This document shows positions 35,001-46,649 of a stretch of DNA of 64,000 bases, piece after piece. The stretch is taken from contig JAKMXF010000310.1 of the NCBI GenBank assembly GCA_024704765.1, positions 682,001-746,000 of the forward strand, written 5' to 3'. Numbering within the stretch: position 1 is the first letter of the stretch; each line of letters starts with the position of its first letter. A program made the position numbers and the translations under genes. This DNA is from Oopsacas minuta (taxonomy: Eukaryota; Animalia; Porifera). The notes beneath the pieces were generated by a model. That model did not search any database. It was not told the origin of the DNA and worked only from the letters and a program-made list of their open reading frames with translations.

Positions 35001-37093
35001 AGCTATACTTTGAATGTTGCAAAAAGAAAGAAATAGAACGGATACGTAAAGATTGTGAAACTATTTGCAATGTTGAAAGACAAAAACAAGATATTGATAA
35101 TAAGTTTTCGATTTGCAGGAAAGAATTGTTTATTGAAGTACGACGTCTGTTTGACATACACAATGATAAAACGTATTTTGATGAGACAGGTATTGTTAAT
35201 AGTCTATTCGATACATTTTGGAAACGCTGGAAGTCATCCTTTCATTACGTTCCTGTTGAGAGCACTGATATATCGAATGATCTACGACAAGTGTTGGTTG
35301 AGTATTCTCGCTTGAAACAACTTGATGTGTTTAAAATGAAGCAACCTTTGATTTTAGATAAAAATAAATTCAAATTAATAGGGATGGATGAGTTTGATGA
35401 AATTTACAATATTCTTTCGATACTCCATGCTGAAGAACATTGTTATTATACAATTATTGACTATCAACAAAGCACTATGAGGAAATTAGTTAATTACTTT
35501 CATCTGTCTAAGGCTCAAAATTCAAATTCAAATCAACAGGAACTTCATTGTCTACTTAACGATCAGACTAAATTAATAGACGATATTATAAAAAATTCCC
35601 AAAAAATGCTAATTACTCGATTGAGTATTTTAAATACTTAATTGACAAATGTATCAGCCTGATAACAGAACACAATGCATCTGAAAAGAAAACTAACGCT
35701 CGCCAGGCGATTATATTCACGAATCATTATATTTTTGATTTTACATTCTATCAATGTTGTAGAGCTATTAAATCATTTGAAGAATTGCAAGAAGGTTTTA
35801 TTGAACAGAATAGCTTAGAATTTAAACTTGAATCACTAGAATCTATTTCGAGAGGAATATTTTCCCAACTCTGTTCAGGTATTAAATCTGAGAATATATG
35901 CGCTGATGTATTAACTTCAATCATTTTAACTGGAATCAGAATGTATCTCAAAGATACAGTACTCCAACTCATGCAAAATCTATTTGTTAACTATCCAGAA
36001 CATGGTACAATCTACTCTAACCGAGGCTCCCTACAGCTCTATATCCTCAAGGACTTAGCTAAAAAGAAGGATTTTAAGGCTTATATTTCGTATATAAGCT
36101 CTCCATTCGGGTATATCAATTCAATCATTCATAATAATATTCTAGAATATTCCCAAAAAGAGACTGTGGTAACTAATATTTTAATTAATATAAACCAATG
36201 TATTCATAATCTCAAAACTCAATGTATTGATGCAGCCAATTCTGTTTCTCAAAACATAGACTCATGGGATGAATGGAAACAGCATTTCATAAATCTATCA
36301 TCAAGTTTGTAAGGAGTGTAAAACTCAGTGACTTGATATTTTGAATGTTCATATTGTAAATAATTATAAACAGTTTTCAGACTTATTTGCACAAATGTTA
36401 GAAGCTTCGATTGGAACTTTCGACTGGAGAGCATGGATCTCTGAGGTCTTGACTTTAGATCTTTTTAATGAAATACAAGAGAATATTCTTATTTCATTAA
36501 TTGAATGTAAATCATTATGTCCATTCTGTAGAGAACCTTGTCAACTATCAGCTGGAGAGCATGAACATTACTGTGGAACATTCCACAGACCTCAAGGGCT
36601 CAGTGGATGGCGTTATCTACAGTCTCGTAAAATAGTTGTAGAAGAATGTACTACAAGTATTCGATGTGATATGAGATTTAGATACAAAGAAGAATTTTAT
36701 AACTACTCAGACTACAGAACAGTAAATGAGTATTTCAATTCCTGGAGGATCTTAGGAGACGATTCAATTGACTCTAAATACTGGCAGTGGGTTCTCTACA
36801 CGTTTCAGAAGGAATTTGTTGCCTACTACGAAATTTTAGAAAATGAAAAGATAGACATTGCTTGGTCTAATCTCACTGAAGAAGAAATTATTAATGATAT
36901 TGAGAAACATTATGAAATTTTATTTTTAAAAATTTCTAATTGCTCCCGAATTAATACTTTTATATTTACCTTACTAAGACGATTAGATTTGTACATTTTA
37001 GTTATTTATGTCAATGTTTTTGTGCTAATTGTAGCTACTAGTGGAGAAGATTTTTCTAACCAGCAACTTAGGCATAGGCTGCTATATAAATAA
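32090..37093 (+). pseudogene. GVIN1: Very large inducible GTPase (GVIN1/VLIG/URGCP family), about 1600 aa once three 1-bp indels are repaired. Pseudogene or assembly error
   Basis: GIQSSGKSTLLN (G1), GRCTRG, LLDTEGL (G3), FVHQNV, N-terminal HPMDIF and DGTVEIAWYLP, C-terminal CPFCREPC..HRPQGL. Frame breaks at ~35606, ~36310 and ~36335. Confidence 0.9.
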
Positions 37094-37416
37094 AATACCA
37101 GCGAGTACCTATGATTCACGTTACCAAATAGGGTGCTGAAATATTTGAAATATTTTAGGAAATCTAAATCACTGGGAAATTTGTATATAGGAACTTAGGT
37201 TGCTGGTTATAAATACCATAGCGAATATTGTAAATGATATTATAATGAATACTTTATTTATATTGAGCTTGTAGGTTATTTGTTGAATTACCCGAAAATC
37301 GGTTTTTCCTATCCCCCGACTGAATAATAATTTTTTAGCCCCTTACATAATTAGGACTTCCAGTTGCACTTTGTTAAGAATGATCTGCATCATCCAGTGA
37401 TTTTACATTAGTTAGA

Positions 37417-38294
37417 ATGTCCGCTAACATATTAGCAGAGACATTGGAATTAATAACCAGTGAGAGCGAATTAATTCAAGTGGGTCAGACTACAAACATA
37501 AAATTACCCCGATAATAACAGCAGGTAATCATTCAAATTTCTCTTCAACATCCGGAGAGTTCTGTATTCCTCAGTCTTTAGCAATTTACCCTGAGACTAA
37601 TGATGTTTATATTTGTGATTGCGCTAATAATCGAGTTCAAGTATTTGACGAATCATTAGTATTCATATTTGAGTTCAATCAATACATGAATGCACCGTTT
37701 GGCATATCCATTTGTCATGATAAAGTGTACATCACACAATGTTCTGCTCATTCTCTCAATGTGTACTCTACAGACGGTGGATACATTAATTCTGTTGGAA
37801 CAAGAGGTGAAAACGAATTAGAATTTCTTTTTCCAACAGGAGTAGACGTATCAAATAGTTTTCATCGCATATACATCTGCGATAATAACAATAATAGAGT
37901 TCAATGTTTCAATCTGAACTTAACTTTCAATTCGTATATTTCTGAGGTTTTTAAACCAATAGATATCAAATTGACATCACAGGATATCTTCATAATGACT
38001 CAGCGTTCTTCTATTAGAATCTACGATTATTCTCACATTCTGACAAGAGTGTTAATCGATCAAATGGATGAATCATATCATTTTTGTTTAGACGGAAGAT
38101 ATAACATTCTATTGATAGAATACACGAATAATTGTGTGATTATATTATCAAACAGTGGGGACCAACTACACAAGTTTGGTAAGACAGGAGAAGGAATAAA
38201 TGAATTTATTTCACCAGCAGGAATAGTTACTGATACTAAAAATAGAATAATTGTAGTTTCACAAAATAGAGATTATTGTATTCAAATGTTCTGA
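37417..38294 (+). pseudogene. NHL-repeat gene with one frameshift near 37483
   Basis: ATG 37417 opens MSANILAETLELITSESELIQV. Adding one G to gtggg continues GSDYKHKITPIITAG...FCIPQSLAI..VYICDCANNRVQVF into ORF 37686-38294, which ends CIQMF*. Confidence 0.8.
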
Positions 38295-40388
38295 GGAGTA
38301 TGTTGTCTAAAATTTCTATTTTTATCAGATTATCCCTCACTTGCTTTCTAAGTTTTTTAAGCAGAGTTTTATCGGCTATAGAACAAGAAATCACGTAAAA
38401 CCAAATTAGAATATTAGTTTAAATTTTATTTTTTTCTAATTTTTCGTGTAAAATCCTTTTCTTGAAACTAATATTCACTTAGCACCTTTAACTCGACTGC
38501 ATTTGTAATTCCAAAATGGAGGACAGAGAAGAAAGCTCTCCCACTTTACAGGTGAACAATCCCTTTTACATGAGCGTGTAATTAGTTACTACGTACATGG
38601 TTTGTAAAGTTTGTGTTGTATGCTTTTTTCAGATTTCAGCTTAATACTCTGCTTAGTATGTTGAAAGCGCATCAGTGTGGGTGGTGTTCTGTCTTAAGGT
38701 CGATTCTTTCGACAAAATAGTCTCTTGCCTCATTGTCAAAATTTAGTGAACTTGTGAACAAATGCCCCACCCACCGCGTCATACACTTTTTTAAAATAAT
38801 CATAACTCTTCATGAGTGGGCGTGTGTCCAACAAAAGAGTTGTAAACACAGCCTATTGGATACGGATTCCGGGAGAAGTTTTTCACAATGATTATACTCC
38901 TCCAATCTCCCAACCAACATACACATTTGAACTCGTTCCTCCAACAAACATACACGTTGCAATAAAGTTGTATGTAACACTATTGCATTTGTTGTGGTAA
39001 GTTTTACGTTGTCAATTTTAGATCATTACCTAATGTTGGCTCTACTTTCAATATTCACTAAATCATAGAACTTTACTGAATAATTATTACACATATTATG
39101 TTTGTGTGTATAAGAGACAGATGTGTGTGTGTATTGTGACATTACTTAAGCTTACATCTCTAAAAATCCAATTATACCCGTCTGACTAGATAGCATCACG
39201 ATATGCACTGATTGTACTCTCAATGTTTATTCAGACTAAAGGCTCTGTACTCTAAGATGTAGATCTAAAATTGTTTGCCATTTCGATGTCGTCATTTAAA
39301 ATTTGGATATTGTAAAAGAATTTAGTTTTTGTATTACAGAATTTACAGTAGAACTCGCTTAGTACGTACTCGGATTAATATGGCTCTCGGTTTGTACGTC
39401 GTCTCCTCTAAAATGGATTTTCTATTCTTGTACAAATTGTGTCGGAAGAATATTCAAATAAGATATACTTCGGTTAGTGCATACTACTTTTTGTATCTCG
39501 AGGCAGGGGCGTATTTGAAGGGTGGACCCCAAGGAGCCCCAGGGAGCTCCTAGCCGGTGCGCTCCTGAATCTCGTTATAGATAAATATGAGGATGGAAAG
39601 AAAATATAGAATGGTTTGAAAATTTTGAATGAGCAATTAGATCGTAACTTATTTATTTTAGAATAAGTGCTCCGTCGTTTTGAGTGCTAACTGAGCTTTG
39701 CTCCTCATAGAGACTATGATACAATTTTGGATTACATATTTAACCAAATTGTAAACGCTAAAATTTATTTTCGCTTCTCTCGCATCTTCCCACAATATTC
39801 TGTTAAATCACCCAAATAACTGGTATGTCACTCGAAAATGATCACCAATATGTTTGTCCCTAGCCTAAATTAAGAATAATATCACCTCTATACACTATAA
39901 CTAGATTAACTACCTTGTGTAATATTTTGCTTACATTCTTAGTGATCATTAGTTAAATCGGAGGAATTTAATAAAATTCGTCGGGTCTTAATTTGTGTAG
40001 CCCCCACTTTTTGTTTGGGGCCCTATGCGGCTAAGCCCCTGCCTCGAGGGTTACGTTAAAGTTGACTTGTCCTCATGTGACCCTTTAAAACCTAATCTAC
40101 TGCGTTATTTACTATTTTTATAATATTAGAATACCATTAATATTTATTCGAATTCCAAATCGGACAAACAGACTTCAATCAAAGATTACTAATCTATGTT
40201 ATTCCACCAATCTTCCAGAAGATATTATCTACAATTAAGTAATATTACCTGTTTAAAGAGCTATACACAGCTTCTCTTATGTGTGCATTCAATCAGTATA
40301 CAATATATACTACGTATACTTGTATTTCAAAGGATATAAATAATTGTAGAGTTTAATCAACTCCTAAACAATACGTACGATCAATAAA

Positions 40389-41513
40389 ATGTATTCAAAT
40401 TTTCTTCCTAATGAATCTTATCCTAACCCCACTATGCATATGATTGTTCAATCGCTTATAAGACTCAACCCATACACGCCGATTGCATTTATCGTTTTAA
40501 CTCTCATCCTGTTGATATATTTCATACTGAAAATTTATTCACTCAGAAAACGATTATCAAAAGATTATCATTTACAATTCAAACTCTTTCGGTTTAAATT
40601 CATCTTTCTGATCCTGAGCCTAGAATTAATCATAAATGTTCTAGGCTTGGTTAGCTGGAATATAGCAAACACATCCAAGAATGATTTCACTCCAGATCGG
40701 AGAATTAGTAACGGATGTTGGATCCATGGAGACAACAGTTTACTGTCTCTGAATTCAAATTTCCAAGGATTATACTGGGCATATTTCTTAGTTAGAATTT
40801 TGGATGTATTAAGCTTGATGCTGATGCCAATTATAACACTCTTCTTGAAATGTTTAATAAATTATTATCTGAAAAGACCTTCGCAGAATCTCGTGAATCA
40901 TCAAATATGTTGGTTGGCATTCAGATTTATTATAATGTTTATCCTAATTAACCTATTCAGCACCTATATAATCTACCTGCTTGTACAAAATATACTTTTC
41001 TTCTTAGATTTTGGTTGTTATCTTGTAAGCAGACATAAGCTCTATTCAGTGTTGAAGGGTTTAAGAAACGTGGCAAGAATCCAAACAAAACATCTGAAAT
41101 CAAGACAGAAGGAATTAAAACATTTCCAGATTACATCTATTTACACGGGTGTCATCTTATATGCAATAGTCTGTGAGATTACAATCAGTGCTGTGTTTGA
41201 TACAGTTAAGATGTCTATTGTAAACCCATGCTATTTCCATTATATTTCATGGGGATATATACCAAACTATGCGTTTAGTAAATCGGTTGTAGAGCTAGTA
41301 TACATCATTGGAGATTACGTATTAGTAATTACCTTCATAGCTGGAATTCTGCATCAGATACTTATGTCTTTGGCTTATCTACTACTCATCCTCTCAATTA
41401 TATATAACTTCTGGATTATGTGGAAGTACGTCAGAACCATCCATAAATCAACGAGACCTCTATTGGAAGCATATCATCGGGAATGTCTTAGACATCGAAA
41501 ATGGACAGAATAA
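40389..41513 (+). CDS. Orphan multi-pass (about 7TM) membrane protein, GPCR-like topology, 374 aa
   Basis: About seven hydrophobic stretches, an N-terminal NES sequon, Cys in two predicted extracellular loops, a basic third intracellular loop and a basic C-tail. No DRY or NPxxY motif. Confidence 0.7.
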   Translation: MYSNFLPNESYPNPTMHMIVQSLIRLNPYTPIAFIVLTLILLIYFILKIYSLRKRLSKDYHLQFKLFRFKFIFLILSLELIINVLGLVSWNIANTSKNDFTPDRRISNGCWIHGDNSLLSLNSNFQGLYWAYFLVRILDVLSLMLMPIITLFLKCLINYYLKRPSQNLVNHQICWLAFRFIIMFILINLFSTYIIYLLVQNILFFLDFGCYLVSRHKLYSVLKGLRNVARIQTKHLKSRQKELKHFQITSIYTGVILYAIVCEITISAVFDTVKMSIVNPCYFHYISWGYIPNYAFSKSVVELVYIIGDYVLVITFIAGILHQILMSLAYLLLILSIIYNFWIMWKYVRTIHKSTRPLLEAYHRECLRHRKWTE

Positions 41514-41702
41514 TTATCCATTACATATATTGTTGTGTATATCTTGTATTCATACTGCTATCAGGAGCTAGGGTAAGTAGGTTCCAACTTGTATTTGGTA
41601 TATTTTATAACAATTAGCATATTAGGAAATGTTAATTCAATAACTAATTACAAAGATTGAGCTAATTAGAATCAAATATTACACAACATAACAACAACAA
41701 CA

Positions 41703-41927
41703 ACATTATACTGAGGTACTCGAGTATGCTGGTTCCGAATATGATATTGTAAACAACATATTGCGAATATTTGTTCACTTTTGGTGACATAAAGTAATCA
41801 GATTTAAAGATTATGGCAGTATTATGTTTGCTACTATTAAGATTATGAATTTATGTACTGGCCGCAGGCCCGAGTGGAAACACGAAGTGTTCGCAACCGC
41901 GTAGCGCCAGCAAGCGAAGCGCTCTAG
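41703..41927 (+). mobile_element. Helitron-like family B fragment
   Basis: Reverse-orientation homologue of 19308-19530, ending gcgccagcaagcgaagcgctCTAG|T at 41924-41928. Confidence 0.65.
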
Positions 41928-42149
41928 TACAAACTTATATTTCTAAATAAAGCCTCGTCCCCAGAATGGAATAATCATTTGTGTTTTTAGATTATTTTTG
42001 CAATATCTGTCATGGCTAGTGTTAGAGCGCTTGTTTTGAAAACAGAAATCATCTTACCTAAAAAGAGTACCCAGAGCAATTCAGGAAATATTCCTGAGAG
42101 CACACAAGGTCCCTCAGGACAGAGAAAGTGACTTAGAACAGCTCTACAA

Positions 42150-42470
42150 AGTTTGATGGGTCTGTATCCTGGGAACGAAACGTGACAGATGATGGCCTCT
42201 AGAGAATTGCGGCTATATACTAAGAAATGGAACACTTGTAAAGATCATGATCAGAGTGTTGCTCGCATGGACACGATGTTAGGAGAGTTGGAGAGAAAAC
42301 TCGGTACATTTCGCTTACCTATAAACGCATTGAATTTGAATGGGATTAGTTGCTGAGGAAGAAACTGGTAGAAACTATTACAATACGATTTAACCCGAGG
42401 AAGAACAAGACACCCGACTACAAGATGATGTCACAACCTATAGAGGTGTATGGAAGCTACAGTGAAAAGA
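42150..42470 (+). mobile_element. Possible degraded non-LTR reverse transcriptase fragment
   Basis: TDDGL (YADD-like) followed by ITIRFNPRKN, resembling the GLxxNxxK motif. Multiple stops. Confidence 0.3.
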
Positions 42471-42610
42471 ATAATCAGCTGTTGTGTTTGTATCCTGATT
42501 GTATAGCTATATATCATGTGGCTAATAATATCAAGTTATTTACGTTAGGTTAAAACCAAGTTTAAGTATTTACATTTGATTGATAATGTAGAATCGTAGA
42601 GAGAGGTTGA

Positions 42611-42731
42611 AAAGTTCGTAGCAGGAAGATTCGTCGTGGCATTCCTGGCTTGATTGCGGTGGAGATTTACGCTGGATTAGTGTCTGTAACTGCTTGGATG
42701 TTTTTACCACGAATCTTCCTGCAACGAGTTT
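42611..42731. repeat. Inverted repeat with ~24-bp arms
   Basis: aaagttcgtagcaggaagattcgt on the left and the reverse complement of acgaatcttcctgcaacgagttt on the right. Confidence 0.7.
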
Positions 42732-42962
42732 CCTTACGACGAAATTCTGACATTCACCCTTTTCTCATACTCTTATATAGATTTTTATATGATATATGAT
42801 ACTTTAATGGTTCAGGAGCATTTAACTCAGTGAATTGGCCTTACCTTAGTAGACTATGATAGTAATTATATTTCTACTTATATACTTATTGCTATGTGCT
42901 ACTACTTTACAGTTAAATAGATCATACTATACCAGCAGTAGATCATGCTTTTACTCTACTGA

Positions 42963-43889
42963 ATGAAGCATTTGCAAATATCGAACATTCTAGGCAGTTG
43001 CTGCATCTACATTATCATTCTAGCTTACTATTTGGGAAGTAGTGTTTTTATTTTGTTACCATTCGCTCTATTCGATGTACGCTACGCCTTCCTCACTACC
43101 ATAGCTATATTACTATTCTATAGAATACGTTTCCCGTTCGAATATAACGGTGCTTTCGAAATACAGTTTTTACGGAGAAATCGATTTGTCGATTTTATTC
43201 AGAAACAACAGTCATGGTATAATATACATACTTCAAAGCTTGATATAAACAAGAAATACATGTTCATTGGGTGTCCTCACGGTATGCTTCCTATTTCTTG
43301 GTTCTTTTTCGTCCTGCACCTTGCAAGTGTCGGTATTTATCCAAGACCTCTTTTGGGAGATATTATATTCCGTTTGCCCTACGTTAGAGAATTCTCATTC
43401 ATTTTCGGTGGAGCGAATGCGAGTTGGAAATCAGTTAAGATTGCAGCTGACAATGAGAGAAGTCTGATTATACTTGCTGGGTCAGCGGAAGAAATGAAAT
43501 ACTCAGGGAAATTTAAAGATAAAGTGATTGTGGTGAAGCGGACAGGATTTATTAAGGCAGCATTGCAGTACGGTTATTCTCTGGTACCTGTGATGGGTGT
43601 GGGAGTAGACGACTTATATCATCCTTATGTCCTTCAGTGGGAATGGTTTAAGCGAATGCTTGGGTATTACCTCTTTATTGCAATTGGAAAGTTTGATATA
43701 ATATACCCACGGAGTACTGAAGTATACAATATCATAGGTAAACCAATTGATGTTGTTGTGAATACGAAACCTAGTAAAAGAGAAATTCAAGATTTATCAG
43801 ATCTATTCTATCAAAAATTGGAGAATTGTCTGGAATATTATAATCAAACTAACAATAAGAACATCAAACTCGAATACATAATGTATTAG
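42963..43889 (+). CDS. DGAT2/MOGAT-family (DAGAT) acyltransferase, 308 aa
   Basis: N-terminal TM hairpin, YMFIGCPHG (HPHG-like), PYVREF, GSAEEM, RTGFIKAALQYGYSLVPV and IIGKPIDV motifs. Confidence 0.85.
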   Translation: MKHLQISNILGSCCIYIIILAYYLGSSVFILLPFALFDVRYAFLTTIAILLFYRIRFPFEYNGAFEIQFLRRNRFVDFIQKQQSWYNIHTSKLDINKKYMFIGCPHGMLPISWFFFVLHLASVGIYPRPLLGDIIFRLPYVREFSFIFGGANASWKSVKIAADNERSLIILAGSAEEMKYSGKFKDKVIVVKRTGFIKAALQYGYSLVPVMGVGVDDLYHPYVLQWEWFKRMLGYYLFIAIGKFDIIYPRSTEVYNIIGKPIDVVVNTKPSKREIQDLSDLFYQKLENCLEYYNQTNNKNIKLEYIMY

Positions 43890-44775
43890 TTAGTTAAATA
43901 ATTAATTATTTATACTCGGCACTTTGCAGCCTTGAGTGATCAAACTTGTAACTTTAATTTGAATTTCTGAATCTTGTATCCATTGTCATTATATGTTTCA
44001 ACGCTTGGGCCATCTGAGGACTAAGACACCGTAAATTTATGTCTCGCGCTTTTCGCTCATGGCAGGCTTACGGTTTACCAACCTCAGTGTTAGATTGAAT
44101 TCCGTACTGTATTATGAATGTTTGATAATAACATAACACCATTTACTCAGCCGCCTAAAGATTTCCGGATGGCGGGTGGGTTACGAACTTAGACGTCGTA
44201 ACGCATCCGGGAATGTCTGGGAAGCCTAGAGGCCTACCCTGTATTCATCTGGAACATAAGGTGTTACCCGAAACGAATTTATCCTGGAGCACTATACAAA
44301 AGATATTTTTGGTGTCTCTGGATTTCGTATTTACGAAGATCTAGTACGTGACGTCTTTATAACTATTTCTTCCTATTATAGAATTTAGATTGCACCAAGG
44401 TAATCAATGATTATCCCCAAACATAACCATGGAGGATGGTCCGGTTGGTCAGGTTTCAACCGGACCAACATTTAGACTGTAATTAGATTTAGTATTAGTC
44501 AACCAGACCAAATTTGGTGCCCATATATTTTGTATTGGCCAACATGACCAATTGAAATCTGCTTGCTACGGCCTTACCATATCGACTCTTTACAAATCTA
44601 ATAATCAAAAAGTATAGAAATCAAAGCAAAATGATGAGAAACCAAGCAAAAGTTATTTAACTCAGTAGTTAGTATTATTATTATTATTTTACAAAAGAGA
44701 GTACAAAAATGACCACAATATACAAAACGAAACATTATAATCCCGAAACAAAAGATCCGAGCTTGAAGGTATAAC

Positions 44776-46059
44776 TTAACAGTTAGCCAATTTATCTTTC
44801 ATAATCTTCCTTAGGATATGGTTGAAACTCCCTTCTCTTTCTGCTATCCTCTGGCAACAAACATTTTTTGAACCTTTTTTACTTAATTCTATCCACTTGA
44901 CCTTGCAAAGCTCTTGCACTATTCTATACATTTCTGGGGTTAAGCAAAATTCTGCAATTCTTGAATTCAACTTTTCGATATTAGCAACTTCGTAGCTCAA
45001 GTCATATTTCAAACTTGACTTGATTATTTCAAACTTCACAAGCATTTTCTCATATAATAACCAATCTATGTAACTCCATTCTATTATGAGGTCTTGTTGT
45101 TTTTCTGATAATTTATCTTTGCTATTGTCCTGTATTGCTGAGTTTATTGGGAAATGAGCTACGTCACTATAATCTAGTTGAAACATATTCCTGAAAATCG
45201 CCATTGATTCCATAAAGTATTCAGTTATAAATACAAATTCAACTTCTCTATCCACTCTATCTAAGAATTTTTCAATTTCTTCTTTATAACTGACATTTTG
45301 GAGAATTTCGCTACGACCAATCCCGGGTGGTATTTTGTAATCGTAGAGACCAAAAACTTGAGATTGCATATTCCAGTGAGCCAAGATTAGCGGTTTATCC
45401 AAAACTTTCATTTCTTTAGGAAAATCTAAATATTCTCTTGAATATTTCAAAGGGTTTTCAATAAACCGATCGAAATCAATGCCATTCTTCTTAAGTATTT
45501 GTCCAAAGGGCAAATAACTGAATGACGATAGAAATTGGCTGACCGGATTTCGTACACTAGCAAATATTCTCGTACCTTTTGGCATAGTCCTTTCCAGTAG
45601 CTCCTTCCCTTCATATCTACTATGTATTGTACTCAAATTGTATGTTATACCACACGAAGGTATTAATGGCCACTCTGAAACAGTGTCCAGATGTGAAAAT
45701 GGAAATATTTGGTTTGTTTGTATAGCATATGGTTCTACAAATGATAAATCATGCTTCAAGCCATAACGATACAGCACATTTGAGAGTGTGCTACTCGCTG
45801 CCTTATACGATTTTATGAGATAGAAATTTTGAATATTCTTTCTAGTAGAATTTTCACATTGTAGGAACGATTGGAATTCAGATATTTTGTCTGATTTAAT
45901 TAGATTCCGAGGGACTGGGATATTGTTTTTGAATACAAATTCTTGTAAATCATTTGTTCCAATGCTACCAATTATTATAAGAACTATTACAAATAGAATT
46001 GTAATAGTTATTAGGCCAATTTTAATTCTTAACAGCATCTTTTGAAATTTTTCATGCAT
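44776..46059 (-). CDS. Galactose-3-O-sulfotransferase (GAL3ST/cerebroside sulfotransferase)-like type II membrane protein, 427 aa
   Basis: N-terminal TM anchor, 5'-PSB-like IKSYKAASSTLSNVLYRYG, 3'-PB-like SVRNPVSQFLSSFSY, and VFITEYFMES, DWLLYE motifs. Confidence 0.88.
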   Translation of the reverse strand: MHEKFQKMLLRIKIGLITITILFVIVLIIIGSIGTNDLQEFVFKNNIPVPRNLIKSDKISEFQSFLQCENSTRKNIQNFYLIKSYKAASSTLSNVLYRYGLKHDLSFVEPYAIQTNQIFPFSHLDTVSEWPLIPSCGITYNLSTIHSRYEGKELLERTMPKGTRIFASVRNPVSQFLSSFSYLPFGQILKKNGIDFDRFIENPLKYSREYLDFPKEMKVLDKPLILAHWNMQSQVFGLYDYKIPPGIGRSEILQNVSYKEEIEKFLDRVDREVEFVFITEYFMESMAIFRNMFQLDYSDVAHFPINSAIQDNSKDKLSEKQQDLIIEWSYIDWLLYEKMLVKFEIIKSSLKYDLSYEVANIEKLNSRIAEFCLTPEMYRIVQELCKVKWIELSKKGSKNVCCQRIAEREGSFNHILRKIMKDKLANC

Positions 46060-46649
46060 ACTTTTTTGTTTGATTTCAAATGTATAATCCGTTTTACATT
46101 CAATTCATAAGATGTCTGCATATTATACTATATTAATAATTACAGACTCATTATTAGGAGCTGAGTTACCACTAACTGGACCTAACAATAGCATTTTAAT
46201 ACACTAAGTCACTGACACTGCCTTGATATTTGGGTTATCATGTGTATGTTAATGCCTACTGAAAACTCGAATTTGATTGACTAGATTTTAGTCGCCAAAT
46301 TTGCACTAAGATAGTATATGCATTACACTATAATATTTGTTTACTAACTTTTACTGTGCCAACTAATACTATTACATAATATAGTGGCTCAGTTCTAAAA
46401 TGGTTAACAATGTATATATCTATATGTCTATATATCTACTATCTATATATGTTTTCGCTCTACAGTTTACACCTTTAGAGATTAAGACACCAAATTTGGC
46501 ATTTCTACTCTTAGTGACATATAGTTGTGCATTTGACATATTAAAAATTGCTAGTAATTCCCTGGATTTAAGCGCCCAGTAGTTGAATATTTAGATACAC
46601 TTAAAGTATGGTTATAACTGAAAATATAACATTAATTCTCCTTTTGAAG

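Noticed and set aside
35595-35615. Programmed -1 frameshift in the GVIN1-like gene
   Set aside because: The in-frame context TCC CAA AAA ATG is not an X XXY YYZ heptamer, and two more 1-bp breaks follow, so an indel is simpler.
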